From Octopus vulgaris (taxonomy: Eukaryota), in the NCBI GenBank assembly GCA_951406725.2, contig OX597815.1, positions 49,538,001 to 49,602,000 on the forward strand: a stretch of DNA of 64,000 bases. Reading direction: 5' to 3'. Below, one piece after another: positions 25,090 to 38,960 of this stretch (positions within the stretch are counted from its first letter, which is position 1; each line of letters begins with the position of its first letter). Made by a program: the position numbers and the translations under genes. The notes under the pieces are model-generated. The model was not told where the DNA came from, made no database searches, and worked only from the letters and a program-made list of their open reading frames with translations.

Positions 25090-25445
25090 TCTTCTACCTT
25101 TTACCTGTTTCTATCATTAGACTCTGGCCATGCTGGGGCAGCTCCATGACTGTTTTTTAATCAAATTAATCAACCCCTGTTCTTTTCTTTTTTTTTTAAG
25201 TCTAGAACTAATACAATCAGTGTCTTTTGCCATACCACTAAGCTCCAGGGATGTAAACAAACTGACACTAGTTGTCAAGAGGTGGCAGAAGATACACACA
25301 AACACACGCGAGCACATACACACACACACACACAATGAGCTTCTTTCAGTTTCCATCTATCAAGTCCACTCACAAGACTTTCCCCAAGGCTGAACCTGGA
25401 ACCATGTGGCTGGGAAGCAATCTTCATACCATATATCCATGCCTG
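25090..25445 (-). mobile_element. SINE family A (diverged, internally deleted)
   Basis: Reverse-complement match to the tail and head. Confidence 0.75.
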
Positions 25446-25806
25446 TCCTGCTGGATGTGAAGAAAATTGTAAATTCATTAATGGAATAACTTTGATAATT
25501 AGCCTGAGATAAACGATTATACTCAACTTTTTCCACATTTAATCAATGTTTCTGTTGCATCAGTAACTTAAGCCACAGAAAGCTGGGATAAGCCCCAACC
25601 TAATGGGTTTGTAGGTTCAACTTCCTCTATATGTATGTAAATAGACACAAGTGTGCCTGTATGATTGGAAGCTCACTTCCTAATCACAAGGTTCTGGGTT
25701 CAGTCCTCCTACATGGAACCTTGGGCAAGTGGTTTCCACTTTAGTACCAGGCCAACCAAAACTTTGTACATGGATGTGGAAGATGGAAACTGAAAGAAGC
25801 CTGTCA

Positions 25807-25841
<35 letters not shown>

Positions 25842-26222
25842 GGAGGCACAATGGCCCAGTGGTTAGGGCAGCGGACTCGCGGTCGTAGGATCGCGGTTTC
25901 GATTCCCAGACCGGGCGTTGTTAGTGTTTATTGAGCGAAAATACCTAAAGCTCCACGAGGCTCCGGCAGGGATGGTGGTGATCCCTGCTGTACTCTTTCA
26001 CCACAACTTTCTCTCACTCTTACTTCCTGTTTCTGTTGTACCTGTATTTCAAAGGGCCGGCCCTGTCACTCTCTGTGTCACGCTGAATATCCCCGAGAAC
26101 TACGTTAAGGGTACACGTGTTTGTGGAGTGCTCAGCCACTTACACGTTAATTTCACGAGCAGGCTGTTCCGTTGTCAGATCAACCGGAACCCTCGTCGTC
26201 GTAACCAATGGAGTGCTTCCAA
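25842..26222 (+). mobile_element. Young tRNA-derived SINE (family D, Ceph-domain-like)
   Basis: tRNA-like head tggcccagtggttagggc (A box)..ggtttcgattccc (B box), CpG-rich, inserted in (TA)n. The 3' part (gtcacgctgaat..gagaactacgttaagggtacacgtg..cacgttaatttcacgagcaggctgttccg) resembles cephalopod Ceph-SINEs from memory. Confidence 0.8.
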
Positions 26223-26225
26223 AAT

Positions 26226-26810
<585 letters not shown>

Positions 26811-26821
26811 TTGTTTTTTTC

Positions 26822-26955
26822 TTTTTGTTGTTTCAGCTTAGAGCTGCGGCCATGCTGGGGCACCACCGTTTGATACACGTGGGGCTGACGGCGGCTTTGG
26901 CTAACGTCTCCGGCATCATCCCGACCAATACCGGAGACATACCCCTGCCGGCTGC
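26822..26955 (-). mobile_element. Retroposon 3' end sharing the family A tail but with a different body
   Basis: Minus strand ends ggtggtgccccagcatggccgcagctctaagctgaaacaac; upstream is a distinct CpG-rich segment with the hairpin gtctccgg/ccggagac. Confidence 0.55.
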
Positions 26956-26995
<40 letters not shown>

Positions 26996-27680
26996 AGAAA
27001 TAATATTTGTGTCTTTTTATGGAAACAAAAAACTATATGGGACTGCAAAAAAGAAGTGCTCAAATTTAAATGAGACAAAGATAAAGAAACATTGGTCATA
27101 GAACAAACACTAAATTCGAGTCAACCACTTTATATATAACACTATACTTCAAACATTTAATTATATATAAATATCACCGTGGTTCTTAAACATAAAAAAA
27201 AAAATATACATATACATAAAAACACAGAAGTTAAAAATATATATCAAAATAAAATCCAAATAAAACGGCCTATTAAAAGTAAATATAAAGGCTAAAAATT
27301 CATAAAACTTCTAAAGTGTGCCATACTACCAAAAAATTTTAGACTCCTTGTAACTTTAGTCTCACCTAAACCCTTTATTTATATATTTGTATCAATGATA
27401 AGCAAAAAATATTGAAACCACATTGGTATTTGAATAAATCTGTTACAAAATTTAAAACCATCTGCATTTTGAGATTCAGGTGCATTTTCAAACCCCAAAA
27501 CAATTTCTCATATATATATATATCCAGCTGAAATTGCAAAGATAATCTGGAACTTGACTGAGGAAAGAAAACTCTGAATGACCCGTCCTTGTTTTCTTTG
27601 TATCATCTATCTTGATGTTTTGTTGTCCCTTTTTTTCTATCACCTAACTGTCTGGATGTTTTACATTCTTGTCCCATTTC

Positions 27681-27742
<62 letters not shown>

Positions 27743-27971
27743 ATGTATGTATATACACATGTGTGTGTGTGTCTTTGTTCCAGCGAGAGCTGGTGTTGGT
27801 CTGTTTACATCGCAATAACTTAACAGTTCAATAAATGAGATTGATAGAATAAGTAGTGGGGTCGATTTGTTTGATGGAATCCTTCGAAGCAGTGCCCCTG
27901 ACATGATGACAATCCCATGACTGAAACAAGTAAAAGATAACAGATATGCATAAATGTGTGTCTGTGTGTGT

Positions 27972-28011
<40 letters not shown>

Positions 28012-29243
28012 ATGCATGCATGTGTGTTTCTATACATGCACACATACACACATACCTATTTATGTATAAGTATATATATGCCAATGTGTATGTGTATGTG
28101 TGTGTATAGAGAGAGATAGAACACAAATGTAGATATGTATCGCACTTCCTTCCTCTCTTTCTCTCTCACTCTCTCTCTGAATATATGTATGTTTATATAT
28201 ATAGAGAGAGAGAGTGAGAGAGAGGGAGAAAGAAAGGAAGATAAATGTATACACATACACACATATGCCCCCATACACATACATATAATTGAATAATTTT
28301 CTTTAATGCTATAATGAAAATAATGCCCTCTCCACCACCACAGTCACCTCCACCTTCCAAATAAAATATAAGTAAACAGCATTACAATACATAACAACTA
28401 CAACAAGGGTAACAAAATCATATTAAACATGTTCAGATGATTTTTAAATAGATAATCAATAAATCCAGTGACAGAAACCGATTTCTATACGAACCCACAC
28501 CAACACCAGCACCACCAACCTCAGCATTGCAACCAACAAAATAAAACAACATCAACAACAATGACAACACTTTTATGCTTTCATTGCACACAGAAAAGTA
28601 AAAGAAAAACAATGACAAACTGTAACGAATACATCAACTGAAAGAATGATAAATTTTTACAAATGTTGAAATCCACATGAGTATTCAACATATATGTGAA
28701 TCTTTAAGCATTTGTTGCTGAGTAAGGTGGGAGTGAGGAAATGACTGGGAGAGCACGAGCAAGAGAGACAGAGGGACAGAGATCAAGAGTGACAGAGAGA
28801 TAGAGAGAGAAATGAGTAGAAGGAGAGAAAGAGAGATTGAAAGTGATTGAGTGAGACTGAACTGAGCAAGAAGGGTTTGAGATGGAGCGAAATGGTGGAG
28901 GGGCTTCTTCATGAAAGCTTTGACTTAAAATGATTAGATGTATTTTTTTGTCGTGTTTTTGTTTTTCTTACTCATTCCCCCACCCCACCCCCACTACCCC
29001 AGTTTTGTTTCGCTCTTGGAGTTTACACTGTTCAATTGAATACCCTAGAGTTAACTAAAATTGTATTACCATAATATTTTCTGGCAATGTCAAACATATT
29101 AATTAATGCACAGCATGACAATAGGATAACAAAGAAAGAATATATAAGTTTGTATATATATATATGTATACATGTATGTGTGAGGGATAAATATACACAT
29201 ATATGGACTTAAATACACACACACACATACATAAATTTATATA

Positions 29244-29294
<51 letters not shown>

Positions 29295-29356
29295 ATATAC
29301 ATATCGTATATATACTTATATATGTATATTTATGTATATACTTATACATACATATA

Positions 29357-29402
<46 letters not shown>

Positions 29403-29418
29403 GTAAATTTATATAAAC

Positions 29419-29457
<39 letters not shown>

Positions 29458-30487
29458 CATACATATATATATGTATACACATACACATAGATGCAATTAT
29501 ATGTGTATGTGTACGTCTATGTAGCACAATCAATCATGTTGAATAATATAATGTGATAAATGATAAATTTTAATAATGTAAATAAATAGATAAATAAGAA
29601 CAAATAAAATAAATATAAAAAACAATTGCAATAATAATGCCAATGACATCAGCAATATTAAATACAATAATGATAATAAAGATAATAATAATTTTCATTT
29701 TACTTATTCAGAGAAAGAAATTAATAACAAAATCATGATGATGGTGATGATGATGATGATGATGATGATGATGGTGATGATACATTTATCCACCATCTGC
29801 ATTGTTGTCATTATCAACAACAACAATTCTTCATTAAAAAAAAAAAATAATAATAATAATAATAATAATAATGATGATGATGATAAAGAAAAAGAATCAA
29901 TATATGTGGATACTTCAAAGTAAACTGTCCACCTAATGATATTATGTATCTTTCTCATCATTGACAAGGGATCTTTGTCTCGTATTCCCAAGAGTCAAGA
30001 ACTTGTAATGTAATCTTGATCCTTCAAACCTAAAACTTTTCTTTCCACACAGACACACACAAACAAATATTTGCATACACAGGTATATTTAACAGAGGCA
30101 TGCATGTATGCACACACACACACACACAAACACATACCAAAATGCGTATGAAAAGGAATGCTGTTTTGCTGTTGATACTTAGAATCAAATATGCAGGGAC
30201 ATTTAAGTCAATTTATGGGGATAAAATAATGTTTATATATATATATAATCATAATCATAATCATCATAATCATCATAATCATCATCATCATTTAACGTCC
30301 GCTCTCCATGTGTATGTGTGTGTAAGTGTGTGCCTGTGTGTATCCCTGTGTGTATGTATTAATCTTTATCCTTATCCCACCCTTCACTGGTTCTCTGGGA
30401 GGCTTATAAGTGAAAAGAGAGAGAGAGAGTAAAGGGAGGAGGAAGAGAAATAGGTTAGTAATATAAAATGACAACATATATATATAT

Positions 30488-30897
30488 ACTCTTTTACTCT
30501 TTTACTTGTTTCAGTCATTTGACTGCAGCCATGCTGGAGCACCGCCTTTAGTCGAGCAAATCGACCCCGGGACTTATTCTTTGTAAGCCCAGTACTTATT
30601 CTATCGGTCTCTTTTGCCGAACCGCTAAGTGATGGGGACGTAAACACACCAGCATCGGTTGTCAAGCAATGCTAGGGGGACAAACACAGACACACAAACA
30701 TATACACACACACTTATATATATATACATATATACGACAGGCTTCTTTCAGTTTCCGTCTACCAAATCCACTCACAAGACATTGGTCGGCCCGGGGCTAT
30801 AGCAGAAGACACTTGCCCAAGATGTCACGCAGTGGGACTGAACCCGGAACCATGTGGTTGGTTAGCAAGCTACTTACCACACAGCCACTCTTGCGCC
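30488..30897 (-). mobile_element. SINE family A, full length, young (CpGs retained)
   Basis: Reverse complement of the complete unit. Confidence 0.92.
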
Positions 30898-30932
<35 letters not shown>

Positions 30933-31292
30933 GGCACAGGAGTGGCTGTATTATTTTTAAGTAGCTTGCTTACCAACCACATGGTTCTGGGTTCAGTCTC
31001 ACTGCGTGGCACCTAGGGCAAGTGTCTTCTACTATAGCCTCATTGTGAGTGGATTTCATAGAGAGAAACTGAAAGAAGCCTGTTGTATATGTGTGTGTGT
31101 GTATGTATTTGTGTGTCTGTGTTTGCCCTCCCCCCTCCACCATCGCCTGACAACCAATGTTGGTGTGATACATCTCCTCAACGTAGCGGTTAGGCTTACA
31201 AAGAATAAGTCCTGGGGTCGATTTGTTCGACTAAAGGCGATGCTCAAGCATGGCCGCAGTCAAATAACTGAAACAAATAAAAGAATAAAAGA
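30933..31292 (+). mobile_element. SINE family A
   Basis: Head-to-head with the previous copy across a ~35-bp TA spacer. Confidence 0.88.
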
Positions 31293-31328
31293 ATATATAT
31301 ATATATGTATATAAATTGTAATTAATGT

Positions 31329-31378
<50 letters not shown>

Positions 31379-32802
31379 TATTGAAAAACATTAAAAACCA
31401 AAAATAACAAGCGAAAAGAATCAGAAATATGATAAATTAGACAATCACAGAGAGGAAGAAAGAGGGTAGGAAGAGGGAGAGAGAGGGTAGGAAGAGGGAG
31501 AGAAAGAGTGAAGGGGAGAGAAAGAGAAAAGAGAGAGAGAGATTAATGAGTGAGAGGGTGAGAGAGAGGGAGAGACACTGTGGCTGCTACTGCTGATTGC
31601 TATTGTAATAATAAGCAAATGACAATCATGATAATGATTATGATGACAGTAATAGTATAATGATGATGAAAATCATGATGATCATGAAACACACCAGAGA
31701 CCCTTTCCAATAACAAAGAAGGGAAAGAAAAGAGGCAGATTTTATGGCCATTTTAGAACAGACTGCTGTGGTAGAGGTGGTGGTGGTGGTGGTGGTGGTT
31801 GTGGTGGGGAAAGGCTGTATTGCCTAACATTCAGGGTTTCTTCTGACTGAGCTTCATAAGAAATAAATGCAGCCAAAATGGACCTACAACAGAACTCCTA
31901 TGCACGTGTTCCATCAGCTAGAAATAGCAGCCAATCTCTTACCATTAAAAAAAAAAGGACACACTAGATATACAAAAGATGTGATAGCCATGTCAGTAAT
32001 ACTTTGGGGATAACCTAGATTAATTGAACAACAACAATATGCAAAAATATGAAGGGCATGGCTGGAATGCTTTTTGATGATAAAATCTACTCAATTAGGA
32101 ATGACCTGGGTTAAAGAAACAGCAACACAGCAACAAAATATATAAAAATATGTAGATGATGGTCATTGCTTGAATGCATTTAATGACAAAGTTTGCTCAG
32201 TAAAAGCTGACCTAGGGTTGAATAAACAACAACAGCATCCAAGCCAGGTAATAAAAAGCTCAAGATGTATGTGAAACTCAGAGTTATTGCATAGGATCAG
32301 ATTGGAGCTAAAGGCTATGAGATAGCAGATCTGTTAGAGATGATGGTGGTGGTAGTGGTGGTGATGATGATGATTGTAATGTCTCATGACATTTCTTCTA
32401 GCTCTTCATGTTCTGAATCTGATTCCTGCCATGGTCAACTTCACCTTCCAATCTTTCATTGTCTTTGAAACAAAGCACTAACCAAGTATTGGAATAAATG
32501 GTTTTGACTTGCCCTCTCCCCTCCAAATTTGAAAACATTATATGGGAGCTAAAATATAAATTTCTAGTTCGTGATCATTTTGTTTTAGATATGTTTTTAA
32601 AGAAGAATTACCATGTAGTAACAGGTTTAAAATGTCTGAGATGTGAAGCTATAGCTAATAATATCATAATTCATTATATACAAGTATTAGTGGCTTATAG
32701 ATAATGAATCAGTAATTATGTACAAATTAGGCAATGAGTGAAAAGTACATGGAAGGGACAAGTTTTAATAAATGTTTTAGTTTAACTACTAAAAAGAAGG
32801 AA

Positions 32803-33900
32803 AATATTCTGACATTTTTGACACAGGTCCTTCATCAGAAAAAATTAAAGAATGAGAAAAGGTGATAGGAATAAGGAAAAAAGTCATCTCCTGACAAAGA
32901 TCAAACCAATATTTTATAGCATAAAAATATGTATTGTAAATATATCTTTGTCACAGTTTCTAGTACAGGTATGTCATGTCTCTGCATATCATAAGAGGCA
33001 ACTAGTATCAGGAAGAGCATCTTGGTATAAAACAATACACAGTGTCTCAAGAAGTCACATCCAACTTATGTCAGAATGGAAATATGCATGTAATATGATG
33101 ATGGTTATAAGATACTCTGATGAAAAGTTTAATAGAACATCAGTTTAAAATAAATCATCAGAAAGAAACCTTCATAGCTAAGTTGCTAAAATATTTCTTA
33201 GGAATTGCTATTTTCACTAGCTCCATATGCACTCCAAACCCTTTGACAAATTTTCTGCTGGTTTCATCTTCATGTCTATTATTTGTGGAATATTTTATCA
33301 ATCTTTCCTTCCATGATTACATGCAGATAGATTCTTAGTAAACATCTACAGGAATGGCAGATTTGACCTGAACAGAAACAACAAAATGAAATTAGAAAAT
33401 ATGCAGAATTTGTCTTATGTAGAATAGTTTAAATATAAAGTTACCTGCCAGTTTGCCCATTACTGTTGTTTGGGTGATTTGAGAAATAGCATGAAGAATG
33501 AACAAAATTGCATAAGAATGTGAAGATTTGATAAGGCACTAAATAATAATAAGAATTGACAGTAAATCTAAGACACCATACCCAAAAAGCAGGGTTGGTA
33601 ACAGTAGTAAACTACATCATTCTACATTTAACAATTTAAATTGCTTTTGGCATGTCTTTCACAAGAAAGATTAAATTTCTTGTTTGTGACAAATATGAAT
33701 GTGGTAAATATGAGGATATATATGAAATTTCTCCATGAAACAGATCTTGAAATCCTTCATTATATTTCTATATCTTAGTATGAAGTCCAAAGAAAAGCAT
33801 TTATTTTCATCTTCTTATCATTATCCAGATAAGGTTTGAGAGTGCAGTGTTGTTCTCCTTTAAGTGATATCAAACAAGCTGCTATATTAAGTTCTGGCAG
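32803..33900 (-). pseudogene. Highly decayed Penelope-like element (RT and GIY-YIG traces, terminal hammerhead remnant)
   Basis: Minus strand: EDENKCFSLDFILRYRN (~33770-33815, like RT E.N.L.FLD), then HEDETSRKFVKGFGVHMELVK (~33210-33275, like YIGETSR....EH), then CTGATGA-aggac..gtc-aaaaatGTC at 32811-32838. Confidence 0.45.
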
Positions 33901-34841
33901 AATTTGAAAGGAAACTCAATAAAATCTATCTAGATGCTAAGAGATTTTTGAGTAATGGTTTTTGTTCAATCATAAATGACTGAATTCTTTTAGAGGCCAG
34001 CATGTCCCAGACAATCCCTGGTTCTATGATATGAAAGGCTTAATTTTAAAGTGTTCATTTTTAAATTAAAATCTTCCATCATAAATTTATGCAAGAATCA
34101 TTTTATTATATTCCAAACACCAGATTAATGATGGCATCTAACTTTGGCGCAAGGCCAGCAATTTTAAAGGGAGTTAGTTGATACCATCAACTTCAGTGTT
34201 TGATAAGTACTCTATTTTATTGACCTTGAAAAGATGAAAGACAAAGTTAACCTTGGCAGGATTTGAAATCAAAGCAAAAAGAGCCACGAATACCATAAAG
34301 AGTCTAACAACTCAGCCAATCAATTGCCCTAAACACCAGATAAATTCTTTCAACTACTTATTTACAAAACTAATTAAAATACATACCTTGTGAATTTTAT
34401 CTAAAATATTGTCACCTAACGTTTAAATTATTTACTTTCAATGATTAGAATCTCAACTTTAAGTTTTATACTCTCCATTTATTATTGTTCTTTTTTTTTT
34501 TTCACATTTGTTGAGGTTAATGAGCTTCTATGCATGGCTCATACATAGCTGACCATGAAGATTTTATTGGAAAATTTGTGTACAATTCGTTTCATTATAA
34601 TCCAACAAATCAGACAATGCTGATGGAGGTAGTTCTATTTTCTTCAAAAAGTGTAATTTAGAAAACATTCCTGTCCATGCTGCTTCATCTTAACATCTCA
34701 ATGTTTCTACTACTTTACTATATTTAACCATGTGAACATCTATGTATGTGTATACGTGTGTATGTGTGTGTGTATATATATATGTATATAAAATTAAGAG
34801 GAATGACCACTAAAGTGGATACCCTATATGCTAAACATAGA

Positions 34842-35072
34842 CGTCAAATCATTCAATACTGATGCAGAATTGAGAGCCTGGTTGGATCAAGTTTTCAAGT
34901 TGAAATCGGGTGATTTCTACCAATGAGGTATTGAAAATGATGTTGAACGTTGGGAAGAAGTTGTAAACAATAAGGGTGAATACATTATTGATTAATTAGT
35001 TGTTATTTTTTATTAAACCTTTTAAAAATATAAATTAACAAAAATGGCAGTAACTTAGTTGCCAACCCAATA
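34842..35072 (+). mobile_element. Mariner transposon 3' fragment with right TIR
   Basis: SFNTDAELRAWLDQVFKLKSGDFYQ*GIENDVERWEEVVNNKGEYIID* (mariner C-terminus), followed by ttagttgccaacccaa-TA. Confidence 0.85.
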
Positions 35073-36128
35073 TGTTTGTAAGTGGAGACGGACACACCAC
35101 AGGATTCAGGAAACCAGCCTTATGAGTCAATGACTTAGGAAGAACTCTTTGATCCTTTTTTGATACACACACACGCACATTTGATGAAAGATGTAATGTT
35201 TGAGTGGTGCTGTTGCTGTCACTTCTCTTGTTAATATGTCGATAAATCGCCCACTTGTATTGCAACTTCAAGGCTGTGGGGAAAAAGAGATTTCTTACTT
35301 GAGAAACAGGTAAGGGTCTGAACCAAGAAGGGCATCCAACTGAAAATCAATGCCTCCATAATATATTCACCTAACCCATGCTAGCATTGAAAAATAGTTG
35401 TAAAAACAAATTAACATATATCTGCTTAGGTGCATATATATATATATATATATATATACACATCCATATATATGGTGACATATATACAGTTCTTTCATAT
35501 AATAAACAATATTTACTCATGTCCTCCATTTTCATAATGAAACTTCAGATTTTTTTCAACAAAAGACAAGAAAATTACACAGATATGCATGTGTGTGTAC
35601 ATGTGAGCCTTTCTCTCTCTTTCTCTCTCTCTCACTCACTCACTCTCTCTCTCTCTCTGTGACATGTGAGTGTATGATCACTTGAAGATGCTCATGCAAG
35701 CATGTTTGTAATGTCCCCCACCCACTCAAGAAAACCTTCAGTCAAAATTTTTTTTAAAGTCACTTTGTTATTTTATGCATCCTGGAGTATGCATGTGCTG
35801 CAGCAGATGTGCATTCGTGCATGTAAATTCTTACATATATCTTACAGTTGTTTGTATATTAATCCGTATGAATCTTTATGTCGGTCTCCCCTTTATAAAC
35901 ACCCATACATACATGCATACATACACACACATACAGGCATGCACATATGTGTGTAAGTACGTACACCCATACAAATATATATATATATATATATATATAC
36001 ATGCATACATATACATACTTGTGTATATGTGTGTGTATACATATATACACGTGTAATAAACTACTGTATGTGTATCCCCACCCAGGATGAAACTAATCTT
36101 GAGAGGCACTGAATTTTCCAATACCTAC

Positions 36129-36355
<227 letters not shown>

Positions 36356-36889
36356 TAGAGGCAGATCCAGGCAAATACATAAAAACTCAAGCAGAATTAT
36401 ATAGAAACAACAATAAGACAATAAAAATACATCCACATGCTTTTTTATGTTTGTTGTTTCAACAAATGGTGCCAGATATCTCATACATCTAAATTTCAAA
36501 TAAAGTTATTCAATTGAACAACAACAACAACAAGAGAAGGATTATGATCATCAACTAAACAGATATAAAAAACAAAATCTTCTGGGCAACAACAATTGTT
36601 AAAATAGCTGATGAAAAAGGGAAAAAATTAAATTTTTTTCTTTTCTTAAAGTTTATACTCTATCTATTTTTTCCTTAGAACCTAGTCATGGATCATTTCA
36701 TCCAAAATCTTTTCCCATTTTATTACAACAGCTTGACAAATGTAGGTGGCGAATTGGAACGTCATATACAATTCCTTGTAGTATTTTCCTGGCTCCCTGC
36801 ACTTTGTGTGTTCAAATCCTGGTAAAGCCAACTTGGTCTTTCACAATTTTCTTTTTGTTAATTTTTTTTCTTTTTTGTACAATAGGGTG

Positions 36890-37158
36890 CACTGGCTTGA
36901 GAACAGTATTTGCTTAATGGGGTGCAAATCCAGGCCCCAAATTTTTTTACAAACAAATTCCTATTGTTTTTTTAAAATTTATTTTTGTTCTCTGTTCTTT
37001 GAAGAGAAGCCTAACTTCAAGCTATGTTTCACAGATCTTATTTTATGCACTGTTTTCTAAAGAGCAGAAAAGTAGAGATACAAATTTTGATTTTGCACTC
37101 ACAAGAATTTTAGGAGGTGCACTTACACCCCCTGCACCCACTGTTCCTCAGCCCATGG
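36890..37158. mobile_element. Old hAT-like MITE
   Basis: Imperfect TIRs cactggcttgagaacagt / actgttcctcagcccatg with ggggtgca/tgcaccc sub-terminal motifs. Confidence 0.4.
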
Positions 37159-38356
37159 TGGGATGGATGTCATTAAAAAGTAGAAGTCAAGTACCATGTA
37201 TAAATTGTTTTTTCTGTATTTTTTTGTTCTTTACATCCTCTCAGAAGTGTCTGTAGTCAACCAACATGTAAAGAAAGGCAAGATGGTAGACTTAATGCAG
37301 CTTTACAATTTAGAGTAGCTTCCTCTTTTCAAACCATCATCCTTAAAGAGTCATGGATGCTGCTCTTTTCACCTTGAAGAAAGCATTAAAAAGAACAAAA
37401 AACAATAAAGGCTGATCCTTCTATTCTACCAGGGAAGTCCTATGTCAAGAGCATGAGGTTTATTAATGAAGTCATCATGGATTATATATTGAGTTGATGA
37501 CATAAATTTCCTTTCCAGTAAAACACAAAATTGTGGAATAAATCATAAATCAGTGGTGGTGGAGGCAGCAGTGGTGGCAGTGATGGTGGTGGTTTGAGTT
37601 GTTGTTTAGACCCAGGTTATTCCTGCTCCAACCTATGATGAAAGGTGTTAGCACTCTAATCATCCTACCTTCTTTTTTCACAAATACAGTGTATATTAAA
37701 CTAATGTACCTAACTTCATTTTTAAAGAGAGTTGGTGTGGTTTGAGGGAGATTTGGTTGCTATTTCCAGCAGGTCAGATAACCAAACTCCACGCTGAAGG
37801 CTTTCTTGCTTGGTACATAGTTTATTGTGTTGTTGGTATGGGTGATAGTTCATAGTAGTGAAGAGAGAAGTAATAGTGGCGCTGGTTATGGTAGTATCGG
37901 TTGTGGTAGATTCGTAAATGGTGGTCGTAGTGGTGTTGTGGCTGGAATTAGCTGCAGTGTGGCTACTTTGTAATACCAAGTGATGCACTGGATTTTGGTG
38001 ATATTATGGGGCTTATGGTATTGATTTTGGCGATGGTGATGGTGGTGGTGGTATTGTGATGATATAGGTAGCAGTAGGATGCTAGTGGTATGATTTTTGG
38101 AAGTGGTAGTCCTAATAATGGTAGTTGAGGTGTTACAAGAGAAGGTTTGAAGTGCGTGGAATTGTCTTTGGTGACGATCAGCATACAGGTGGTTATTTTG
38201 GTGCTGATGTACTAGTGGTATGGTGCCAGTGGTATGAGTTTTGGAAGTGGTAAACAGGGTAGTGGTTGTTGGATTGGTGGTATAGGTGATGGTATTATAC
38301 AAGTAAAAACAATGTTTAATACTATTTGCTCAAAAGAATAAAGAAAATTTATAAAT

Positions 38357-38713
38357 AGACTGAGATGTGGCTGTGTAGTAAGAAATTTGCTTCCCAACCA
38401 TATAGTTCTGGGTTCAGTCCCACTGCATGGCACCTCAGACAATTGCCTTCTACTATAGCATCAAGCTGACCAAAACCTTGTGAGTGGCTTAGGTAGATGG
38501 AGATATACATACACATGTAAATGTGTGTGAGTGGGTGGGCATATGTATAGGAAGTTTGCTTCTCATCTATATGTTTGTGGTTTTAATCCAACTGTGTGGC
38601 TCCATGGGCAAGTGCCTTCTACTATAATCTCAGGCCATCCAAAATCTTGTGAGTGAATATGGTAGATGGAAACTGAAAGAAACTCATTGTATATTTATGT
38701 ATGTGTGCGTGTA

Positions 38714-38749
<36 letters not shown>

Positions 38750-38960
38750 CATGTGTGTATGTGTATGCGTCTATTGGGTCCGCCTTTATTCCCCACCACT
38801 GCTTGATAACCAATGTTTAGGTTTCTGTCCTTGTCACTTAGCAGTTCAGCAAAAGAAAACCAATAGAATGGGTACCAGCCAATTTGTTTGACTAAAATTC
38901 TCCAAGACAGTAGTGCCTCAGTATGGCCACAATCTAATGACTGAAACAAGAAGTAAAAAA
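38357..38960 (+). mobile_element. Two diverged SINE family A copies
   Basis: Head at 38357-38505 and a longer copy at ~38550-38960. Confidence 0.75.

Noticed and set aside
25842-25916. tRNA gene
   Set aside because: A and B boxes are present but there is no acceptor-stem closure or T-run terminator, and it continues into a SINE body.
26995-27510. KTIWDCKKEVLKFK resembling an L1/Tx1 ORF2 end
   Set aside because: Too short and AT-rich to classify reliably.
27545-27600. CTGAGGA...GAA...GTC motif between TA tracts
   Set aside because: Stem II and III pairing and the GAAA are non-canonical, so it cannot be supported as a hammerhead.
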